Assembly (NCBI GenBank): GCA_947085375.1 | Contig: CAMTWB010000008.1 | Location: 3,507 to 67,506, forward strand | From: an uncultured delta proteobacterium | GTDB lineage: Bacteria > Desulfobacterota > Syntrophia > Syntrophales > CAMTWB01 | Length of the DNA stretch: 64,000 nucleotides | Direction of reading: 5' to 3' | Part shown: in pieces, positions 1-6,633 of the stretch | Layout: every line of letters starts with the position of its first letter | Position numbering within the stretch: position 1 is the stretch's first letter | Program-made: the position numbers and the translations under genes | The notes under the pieces: model-generated | The model's input: the letters and a program-made list of their open reading frames with translations, nothing else | What the model was told of the DNA's origin: nothing | The model's database searches: none

Positions 1-21
1 CCGATCAGGGTAAGTATCTAG

Positions 22-69
22 GAAATAAAGGGAGAATAAAGAGAATAAAGGGAGAATAAGAAGAATAAC
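22..69. repeat. Short tandem repeat with core RAATAA at alternating 9/11-bp spacing, about 2.5 copies of a ~20-bp unit
   Basis: Read directly: aaataaagggagaataaag / agaataaagggagaataag / aagaataaca. The array may continue left of the window edge. Confidence 0.6.
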
Positions 70-185
70 AGAAAAAAGGGGACAGATTTATTTTTGCCCA
101 ACAAGGAAAATGTGGTCAGCCCTTGACAATGGACATGACCGCCTAACCAGTCCCCTTTATCTGCGAGTTAGTCAACTAATCAACA

Positions 186-230
186 ACGTCCCCCTTATTG
201 CGCCCTTATTGCGACGTCCCCCTTATTGCG
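186..230. repeat. Tandem direct repeat ACGTCCCCCTTATTGCG (x2) with an intervening partial copy CCCTTATTGCG
   Basis: The 17-nt unit sits at 186-202 and 214-230, and the 11-nt partial unit at 203-213. The core CCCTTATT is the reverse complement of the AATAA(A)GGG-like core of the 22-69 array. The last unit overlaps the LysR stop codon at 223-225. Confidence 0.6.
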
Positions 231-1116
231 CGAAATTGAAATTCTTCACCTGCCGGGTAAATCTTTGGATCCAGGGGTCGTGACACATTGATTTATGGCA
301 CAACATGGCAATTTCCAGGAAGAGGGGGTCTTTAAACGGAATCACGCCGAATGAATTCTTCTCACGGGCGGAAATAGCGCGTCTTATGACGACCGAAACG
401 CCGCGCCCCTGCAAGACCCATTCTTTAATGAAGTCCGTGCTTTGCACCTCGATCAGGACTGAGACATTGATATTTTTCGCTTTTAAGGAGGAAAGCACAA
501 GTTTTCTGGTTGCAGAACCATCTTCTCTTAGAATGAGCGGATAATTGGCAAGATCATCGATGGTAACGGCATCTTTGCCGGAAAGCCCATGATCCTTAGG
601 CGTTATCACGACCAGTTCCTCCTTGGCCAAAGACAGGGCTTGGAACTTGCTGGTAATCCCGGGATTGGCCACGATGACGATATCCTTGTCCCGCTGGCTC
701 AGTTTCTTTTCCAGCTCTCTTGAACTTCCTACGTCCAGCTGGACAACAACCTGCGGATAGGCACTCTGAAAACTGTTTATTATGTGGGGCATGATAAGAC
801 TCGAATATACGGGGGTGGTGCCGATTCTTAATCGGGGAAAGGGATTGTCTTTACTTGATTTTATAACCTCTTCGAGTTCCGTTGCTTTTTGCAATATGCG
901 GTCGGCATACTTGTAAATTGCCCGGCCTTCTTTGGTTAATTCCACCGCCCCCTTCGCCCGTTTTAAAAGGATACAGCCTACTTGCTCCTCCAGTTGAGCG
1001 ATGTGATTCGAGACGCCGGGCTGGGTCATAAATAGCGTTTCCGCCGCCCGGGAGAAGCTTTTTTGCCGGGCCACTTCACAGAAAACTATGAGTGAATTCA
1101 GGGAATAGCTGAACAT
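223..1116 (-). CDS. LysR-family transcriptional regulator
   Basis: N-terminal HTH typical of LysR (FCEVARQKSFSRAAETLFMTQPGVSNHIAQLE) followed by a substrate-binding domain. It is divergent from the UbiD cluster. Start chosen at ATG 1116 (MFSYSLNSL) rather than ORF-track 1146. Confidence 0.9.
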   Translation of the reverse strand: MFSYSLNSLIVFCEVARQKSFSRAAETLFMTQPGVSNHIAQLEEQVGCILLKRAKGAVELTKEGRAIYKYADRILQKATELEEVIKSSKDNPFPRLRIGTTPVYSSLIMPHIINSFQSAYPQVVVQLDVGSSRELEKKLSQRDKDIVIVANPGITSKFQALSLAKEELVVITPKDHGLSGKDAVTIDDLANYPLILREDGSATRKLVLSSLKAKNINVSVLIEVQSTDFIKEWVLQGRGVSVVIRRAISAREKNSFGVIPFKDPLFLEIAMLCHKSMCHDPWIQRFTRQVKNFNFAQ

Positions 1117-1173
1117 ATTATTTATTCTTATACCCCATAAAATCAAATGATTTGACAGGACGGGATGACAATA

Positions 1174-1191
1174 TTAGCAAAAAAATACTAA
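1174..1191. promoter_or_regulatory. Candidate LysR-type box (TTAG-N10-CTAA dyad) in the divergent intergenic region
   Basis: TTAGCAAAAAAATACTAA lies between the LysR start (1116) and the UbiD-1 start (1227). It fits the loose T-N11-A LysR motif. There is no experimental or comparative support. Confidence 0.25.
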
Positions 1192-1226
1192 CTAAATTGT
1201 AAAGACTGTTTGGAAAGGGGGCTGCC

Positions 1227-2642
1227 ATGGATTTACGGGACTTCATATCATTATGCGAGCAGGAAGGACAATTAAAAAGAATCACGGCGGAAGTGGACTG
1301 GGAGCTGGAGGTCTCTCATATCTGCAAGCTCGTGGAAGAGAAATCCGGCCCGGCACTTTTGTTCGAAAACGTGAAGGGCTATAAAAGTCCGGTCTTGACC
1401 GGCGCCTTCGGTACCACCCGGCGGCTGGCCATGATCCTGGGAAAGAACCCGAACCTGTCCCTGGTTGAGCTGACCAAGGAATGGGTGAGTCTCGCCGTCA
1501 AAGAGGTCATCCCGGCCAGGGAACTCCGGGAGGGGCCCATCTTCGAGAATATCATGGAGGCTGACCAGGTCAACACCTTCGCCTTTCCCTCGCCGAAGTT
1601 TTACGAACTGGACGGCGGGCGCTACTTCGGCACCGCCGTATTCATGGTAATCGAGGATCCCGAGACGGGCGACGTAAATCTTGGCACCTATCGCATGGGC
1701 ATCCTCGACGACAAAACCGTCGGCGTACAGATCCTCAAAGGAAAGAAGGCCGACCGGATCATGAAGAAGTACAAAAAGCAGGGCAGGAAGATGCCCGCCT
1801 GCGCCATTATCGGCGGCGACCCGCTCCACATCTTTGCGAGCGCTGCCACCGTAGCCAAAGCGAAAAGTGGTTACGATGTTGTAGGATCCCTGCGCGGCGC
1901 CCCGGTAGAGGTGGTGCGGAGCCAGCTCTACGGACTTCCCATTCCGGCGGCCGCAGAGATCGTCCTGGAGGGGGAGATCGATCCCGAAAAACTGAGAAAC
2001 GAAGGGCCCTTCGGCGAGTACACGGGATACTACACGGAAGAACTTATTAAGCCTATCCCCAAGCCGGCCCTGGACGTAAAAAGGATCTATTTCAGAAATA
2101 ATCCGATCCTCTGGGAGACCAGCGTGGGCCGGCCTGTTGGGGACCAGCACATGCTCTATGCCTTTGCGCGAAACGCGAGCCTCTGGACCGATCTGACCAA
2201 GATGGAGATCCCGGGCATCAAGTCGGTCTATACGCTGCCGGAAGCCTCGGGACGCTTCTGGGTGGTCGTTTCCGTACAGCAGATGTATCCGGGTCATGCG
2301 GATCAGGCGGCTGCCGCGGTAATTGCCAGCAATACCGGTTCTTACGGGGTCAAGGGCGTCATTATCGTGGATGACGATATCGAAGCCGACGATCTCCCAC
2401 GAGTATGGTGGGCACTGGGGACCCGTTACAATCCGGCCCGGGGTACGCAGATTATCAACAGGGGCCGGGCAACCCCGCTCGATCCGTCCCTGGGAGCGGA
2501 CGAGAACAAGTTCATTACCTCCCGGATCATCATGGATGCCACCATACCCTTTGAGTGGAAAATCAAACCCACGGAGATCAAGCTCACCCAGAGCGTCATG
2601 GCAAGGGTGAAGTCCCGCTGGGCGGAGTACGGCATAGACTGA
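1227..2642 (+). CDS. UbiD-family (de)carboxylase, paralog 1 (PpcA/PpcB-like)
   Basis: 471 aa with UbiD-type motifs VNLGTYR, AIIGGDP and EGPFGEYTGYY. A G-rich RBS lies upstream. Confidence 0.85.
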   Translation: MDLRDFISLCEQEGQLKRITAEVDWELEVSHICKLVEEKSGPALLFENVKGYKSPVLTGAFGTTRRLAMILGKNPNLSLVELTKEWVSLAVKEVIPARELREGPIFENIMEADQVNTFAFPSPKFYELDGGRYFGTAVFMVIEDPETGDVNLGTYRMGILDDKTVGVQILKGKKADRIMKKYKKQGRKMPACAIIGGDPLHIFASAATVAKAKSGYDVVGSLRGAPVEVVRSQLYGLPIPAAAEIVLEGEIDPEKLRNEGPFGEYTGYYTEELIKPIPKPALDVKRIYFRNNPILWETSVGRPVGDQHMLYAFARNASLWTDLTKMEIPGIKSVYTLPEASGRFWVVVSVQQMYPGHADQAAAAVIASNTGSYGVKGVIIVDDDIEADDLPRVWWALGTRYNPARGTQIINRGRATPLDPSLGADENKFITSRIIMDATIPFEWKIKPTEIKLTQSVMARVKSRWAEYGID

Positions 2643-2658
2643 CGAAAAGGAGGTTAGC

Positions 2659-3216
2659 ATGGCATTCCCGAAGGACCTGACAATAGCACAGGAAAGGGCA
2701 GGGAAGGTGAGGCTTTTTGCCCATGACATCCACGGGGTTTTGACCCCCAACCAGGTCATGAGCGATGTGGAGGGAAACAGGCAATACGCCTTCTGGCACA
2801 TGGACGGTTTTGCCGACCTTTCCCTTTCGGCCAATGAGATCAAGGTGGTCTACCTGGACAGCACCTCGATTGACGGGGAAGGACTCTACCGGGCGAAGGA
2901 ACTGAAGCTTGACAAGCTCTACTTCCGGGTGGAGGACAAACTGGCGAAACTGGAGGAACTGAGAGCGGAGTTTGGGATCAAGGATGAGGAAATCGGCTAT
3001 CTGGGCTGTGAACTCACCGATATACCCGTGATGAGACGGGTCGGCTTCGCCGTGGCCGTGGCCGATGCGATCCCCGAGGTGAAAGAGATCGCCCATTACA
3101 TTACCAATGCCCCCGGGGGGCGAGGGGCCATGAGAGAAACCTGTGAATTTATCCTGCGGGCGATGGGCAGATGGGATCTCTGGGTGGAGAAGGTCACCAA
3201 GATGGGGTACAAATAG
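2659..3216 (+). CDS. KdsC-like HAD-superfamily protein, paralog 1 (size and family of the phenylphosphate carboxylase delta subunit PpcD)
   Basis: 185 aa. HAD motif I-like HDIHGVLT and a C-terminal region typical of the KdsC subfamily (GCELTDIPVMRRVGFAVAVADA ... GGRGAMRE). AAGGAGG RBS lies 7 nt upstream. Confidence 0.75.
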   Translation: MAFPKDLTIAQERAGKVRLFAHDIHGVLTPNQVMSDVEGNRQYAFWHMDGFADLSLSANEIKVVYLDSTSIDGEGLYRAKELKLDKLYFRVEDKLAKLEELRAEFGIKDEEIGYLGCELTDIPVMRRVGFAVAVADAIPEVKEIAHYITNAPGGRGAMRETCEFILRAMGRWDLWVEKVTKMGYK

Positions 3217-3220
3217 CTAA

Positions 3221-3359
3221 TGCCAAAAGTTTCAGGAAAAGGCGCCGCAGGACGGGTGTCCACATCCACCGTAGAACAGGCGACTCGCCTGTCGGAACCT
3301 TCCTAAAGTAGTGGCGGGTTTCAAGCCCGCTCTTACATCTATAAACTTTTGACAATACG
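3221..3359. repeat. TIR-bounded intergenic repeat (member or relative of the GTAAAAAGT...ACTTTTTAC family)
   Basis: Left end TGCCAAAAGTTT (3221-3232) is the reverse complement, with 1 mismatch, of right end AAACTTTTGACA (3343-3354). There is an internal GC hairpin gcgggtttcaagcccgc. It starts 5 nt after the HAD-1 stop. Confidence 0.5.
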
Positions 3360-3369
3360 CGTAAGGCAA

Positions 3370-3741
3370 ATGAATTCTATGAGTGCCTTTAAAGTCAATG
3401 TCATAGCAGTAAACCCTAAGGGTACGGAGAAGGTCACGCCGCCCATTGAGGTTCTGGTGGATACAGGAGCCGAACTGACTTGGTTACCGAGAGATCTTCT
3501 CCTGCAGGTCGCCATAGAACCTGTCCGGAAGAGGGCCTTTGTTACAGCAACCAAGCAGATCGTCCAAAGGGAGGTAGGATATGCAATCCTTCGTTCAGAA
3601 GGATATGAGACCATTGACGAGGTGGTTTTTGCAGAGTCCGGAGATATGAACCTTCTTGGTGTCCGTACGATTGAAGGGTTCGGGGTGATGATTGACAACA
3701 TCGGCCATCGGTTTGTCGCAATCACCACCCTTGCAGTTTAG
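3370..3741 (+). CDS. Retropepsin-like (clan AA) aspartyl protease family protein
   Basis: Catalytic D-T-G-A motif (LVDTGAELTWLP), size ~125 aa, and a C-terminal IEGFGVMID segment typical of bacterial retropepsin-like proteins. Start uncertain (ATG 3370 or 3379; the track start 3349 is the TTG of a repeat end). Confidence 0.65.
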   Translation: MNSMSAFKVNVIAVNPKGTEKVTPPIEVLVDTGAELTWLPRDLLLQVAIEPVRKRAFVTATKQIVQREVGYAILRSEGYETIDEVVFAESGDMNLLGVRTIEGFGVMIDNIGHRFVAITTLAV

Positions 3742-3886
3742 GGGGCCAAAGCCTTAACAGTTTCAAAGAGGGACAGAATATTTTATCGAAAGGTGAAATC
3801 ATTTTTAAAATCGAATTGACGGAGCCGGCAATGTCTGATTTGGAAGGTATTTGAGAGTATATTGGAAGGGACTCGGAATATTTTAA

Positions 3887-3903
3887 AAACTTTTGACATT
3901 ACG
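3887..3903. repeat. Solo copy of the repeat end AAACTTTTGACATTACG
   Basis: 16 of 17 nt are identical to 3343-3359 (AAACTTTTGACAATACG), in the same orientation. It lies 24 nt upstream of the HAD-2 start. Confidence 0.5.
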
Positions 3904-3926
3904 ACAAATAATGGAGAGGAGGGGAC

Positions 3927-4439
3927 ATGGAAAACGAGGAAGCCATTGAAAAGGCCAAAAAGGTAAAATTCGTCATCCTCGATATTCACGGGGTCTTGAC
4001 GGACAATACCCTCTATTACACCCAGGCCGGGGTCAAATCGGAATGCTTTTCTCTCCATGACCGGCTGGGCTGCAAATCCCTCATGGAAGCGGGCATCGGG
4101 GTTGCCTTTCTCACGAGCAAGGTGGGAAGAGACGTGGAACAGATGGCAAAGGTTTACGGAGTACCGGCGGATAAGGTTTGGGGAACTTCGGCGAAAATGA
4201 CCAAGCTGGATGAGTTCGAACGGGAATCGGGCTATACGGACCAGGATATCTGCTACGTAGGGGATGAGATGATCGATCTTGGCATCATGAAAAGGGTTTT
4301 CTTTTCCGTGGCCCCGGCCGACGGTTCCCATGAAGCGAAGGCGATTGCCGATTACATCACGGCGGCAGGCGGCGGCAAGGGTGTGGTGAGGGAGCTCGCG
4401 GAATTCATCCTGCGGGCGCAGGGGAAATGGCATAAATAG
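3927..4439 (+). CDS. KdsC-like HAD-superfamily protein, paralog 2 (PpcD-like)
   Basis: 170 aa with LDIHGVLTDN, VGDEMIDLGIMKRV and GGGKGVVRE, paralogous to 2659-3216. GGAGAGGAGGGG RBS. Confidence 0.75.
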   Translation: MENEEAIEKAKKVKFVILDIHGVLTDNTLYYTQAGVKSECFSLHDRLGCKSLMEAGIGVAFLTSKVGRDVEQMAKVYGVPADKVWGTSAKMTKLDEFERESGYTDQDICYVGDEMIDLGIMKRVFFSVAPADGSHEAKAIADYITAAGGGKGVVRELAEFILRAQGKWHK

Positions 4440-4496
4440 GGACAGCGCCCTATTACTGTAAGCGATCAACGTGATAATAGGGCGCTGTCCCTATTT
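4434..4496. terminator. Perfect 22-bp inverted repeat (stem-loop) overlapping the HAD-2 stop codon
   Basis: AAATAGGGACAGCGCCCTATTA (4434-4455) and its exact reverse complement TAATAGGGCGCTGTCCCTATTT (4475-4496), separated by a 19-nt loop. No clear U-tract follows, so a role as terminator, RNA-stability element or protein-binding dyad is open. Confidence 0.4.
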
Positions 4497-4526
4497 ACAC
4501 AAAATAAAGAAAGGAGAAAAGATCAA

Positions 4527-5984
4527 ATGCCCTACAAATTTTACAAAGACAACCGGGAATTTATGAAGGCCCTTGAGGCAAACAATGAACTTGCCACCAT
4601 TGAGCAGGAGGTGGACTGGGACCTCGAGATGGGCGCCATTGTGAGAAGGGTCTGTGAAAGGAAGTCAGCCGCCCCCTATTTTAAAAAGATTAAGGACTAC
4701 CCGGGATTCGAAGCCTTCGGCGCCCCCATGTCTACTTGGAGAAGACTGAATATTGCCATGGGTTTAGATGCTGACACTCCTATTTCAAAGCTTCAAGATG
4801 AATATGTCAGGCGGATAACGGAGCCGCGGATAAAGGCAGTTTTGGTAGACAAGAAGGATGCCCCCTGCAAAGAAAACGTAATACATGAAGATGATGTTGA
4901 CCTATTAAATCTTCCTGCGCCAATGGTCCACGGGGGAGATGGCGGCCGATACCTCTGCACCTGGCATATGGTAGTGTCCAGAGCCCTTAAAAACTACGAC
5001 GATGTTAATTGGGGAATGTATCGGCAGATGATATTTGATGAAAAGACCCTGGTAGGGCCAATCTTGCCCTTTTCCGATACGGGGAAGATGTTTTACGAAC
5101 AATATGCACCCCTGAACAAGCCTATGCCTGCCGCTATAGTCATTGGAATGGATCCGCTTGCAGGAATTGCCGCCTGTGCTCCTGCAGCATATCCAGAAAG
5201 CGAATATACCGGTCAATTAATGGGCGCTCCGATAGAACTGGTAAAATGTGAGACCGTGGATTTAGAGGTCCCCGCCCACGCCGAAATCATAATAGAAGGG
5301 GAAATGATTCCAAATGTCGGACTGGAAGAGGCTCCATTTGGAGAATATACCGGTTATAGAACCTCACCAAGGGCAAATCGCACGGTTTTTAAAGCAAAGT
5401 TAATCACACACAGGAATAAGCCCATTCTTACCGTTTCTAATATGGGAGTCCCAACAGATGAAGGGCAGCTCCTCCGTTCATTCTCATTGGCGCTTGAAAT
5501 GAGAAAGTTATTGGAAAGCCAGCTGCTTCCTATCACCGGCATCTACATGCTTCCGGAATCGACTCACCACTTGGTAGTGGTAGGGGTAAGGCCCGCTTAC
5601 CCTGGCATAGCCCAGCAGATTGCCCACATTGTATTCGGCAGTAAGCTTGCCCCTTGGTTTCACATGGTAATGGTGGTAGATGACAAGACAGACATCTACA
5701 ATATAAATGAGTTAGTCCATGATTTCTGCACCAAGCTCCATCCGACCCAGGGGATCCATAAGTATGAAAGGCATGTCGGAACCCCTCTTTATCCCTTCGC
5801 TCATCCTATCGATAGGAAATATGGAAGGGGAGACAAGGTGCTATTTGATTGCCTCTTCCCGCTGGATTGGCCAAAGGCTGAATTGCCAATAAAGGTTAGT
5901 TTTAGCAATAAGGATATATATCCTGAAGAAATTCAGAAAAAGGTTTTACACAATTGGAAGGCATATGGATTTAAGGAAGATTAG
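4527..5984 (+). CDS. UbiD-family (de)carboxylase, paralog 2
   Basis: 485 aa with VNWGMYR, IVIGMDP, PESEYTGQLMGAPIELVKCETVDLEVPAHAEIIIEGE and EAPFGEYTGY. AAGGAGA RBS. Confidence 0.85.
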   Translation: MPYKFYKDNREFMKALEANNELATIEQEVDWDLEMGAIVRRVCERKSAAPYFKKIKDYPGFEAFGAPMSTWRRLNIAMGLDADTPISKLQDEYVRRITEPRIKAVLVDKKDAPCKENVIHEDDVDLLNLPAPMVHGGDGGRYLCTWHMVVSRALKNYDDVNWGMYRQMIFDEKTLVGPILPFSDTGKMFYEQYAPLNKPMPAAIVIGMDPLAGIAACAPAAYPESEYTGQLMGAPIELVKCETVDLEVPAHAEIIIEGEMIPNVGLEEAPFGEYTGYRTSPRANRTVFKAKLITHRNKPILTVSNMGVPTDEGQLLRSFSLALEMRKLLESQLLPITGIYMLPESTHHLVVVGVRPAYPGIAQQIAHIVFGSKLAPWFHMVMVVDDKTDIYNINELVHDFCTKLHPTQGIHKYERHVGTPLYPFAHPIDRKYGRGDKVLFDCLFPLDWPKAELPIKVSFSNKDIYPEEIQKKVLHNWKAYGFKED

Positions 5985-6090
5985 ATTTATCCAGGCTGCG
6001 GATAAGAGCCTTCAAGCGTAAAAAGGTTAAATCTTTACCAAATCCGAGGCAAAATGAATCAGCCTCACTAAAATTGAGGAGGTAAACACG

Positions 6091-6399
6091 ATGCAGAAGA
6101 AATGGGATACCTTCATCTTGACCAAGTTGAGCGAGGTGGTTGAGGATAAAGAGGAACTACGGACTATACGAGACATAACTCCAGGAGTGGGAACCCGTAA
6201 ATATAGATGTATGCTTGTTAAGGCTCTCATTTCAAAAAAACCGGACAAATACCCGGATCAGCTTCAGGTAAGGTTAGGCAGAGGGCAGTTAACTCCTCAT
6301 GTATGGTCTATCAAGATAACTGAAGAGATAGACTTGGCCAAGGGGATACCCACTAAGCCGTATCATATGTCAGGAGGAATTGCTTTGGAAGAAGACTAA
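6091..6399 (+). CDS. Small protein (102 aa), candidate small subunit of the carboxylase complex (position and size analogous to PpcC; homology unverified)
   Basis: Strong RBS (GAGGAGG 7 nt upstream). Paralogous to the next ORF (RDITPG..KYPDQLQVRLGRGQL versus RDVEPG..KYPDILWIRLGRGQL). Confidence 0.6.
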   Translation: MQKKWDTFILTKLSEVVEDKEELRTIRDITPGVGTRKYRCMLVKALISKKPDKYPDQLQVRLGRGQLTPHVWSIKITEEIDLAKGIPTKPYHMSGGIALEED

Positions 6400-6441
6400 A
6401 CCTTCTCCGATTCCAATGATTTAGAGGAAGATGTAGAGACG

Positions 6442-6633
6442 GTGGGCGTAATCAGGGACGTGGAACCGGGCTGGAAGAAGTACCGGTCCACCTACGCCCG
6501 CTATCTGGTCTCGAAGGATGCCGTGAAATATCCCGACATCCTCTGGATAAGACTAGGCCGGGGCCAGTTGGTCGCTACGCCCTGTTCGGCTAAGATTCTG
6601 GAGCTGATCAATGTCATCCCCCAAGGCATGTGA
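6442..6633 (+). CDS. Small protein (63 aa from GTG), paralog of 6091-6399
   Basis: Shares the KYPD..RLGRGQL core with the upstream ORF. It is in the same reading frame, separated only by TAA (6397-6399) and 14 sense codons. The start codon is uncertain. Confidence 0.5.
   Translation: MGVIRDVEPGWKKYRSTYARYLVSKDAVKYPDILWIRLGRGQLVATPCSAKILELINVIPQGM

Noticed and set aside
1272-2843. A 523-aa minus-strand ORF antisense to UbiD-1, plus similar long antisense ORFs at 8584-9399, 12601-13056, 14755-15606, 32930-34042, 46899-47708, 52219-52803, 53880-54482 and 62921-63580
   Set aside because: Their translations are Arg/Gly/Pro-rich low-complexity strings with no family motifs. They lie opposite genes with clear motifs, which is the typical shadow-ORF pattern of GC-rich coding DNA.
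3348-3353. The TTGACA hexamers inside AAACTTTTGACA(A/T)TACG (3348 and 3892), considered as -35 promoter elements for the protease and HAD-2 genes
   Set aside because: The start codons lie only 17-30 nt downstream, leaving no room for a -10 element and leader. The motif is better explained as the conserved end of the intergenic repeat family.
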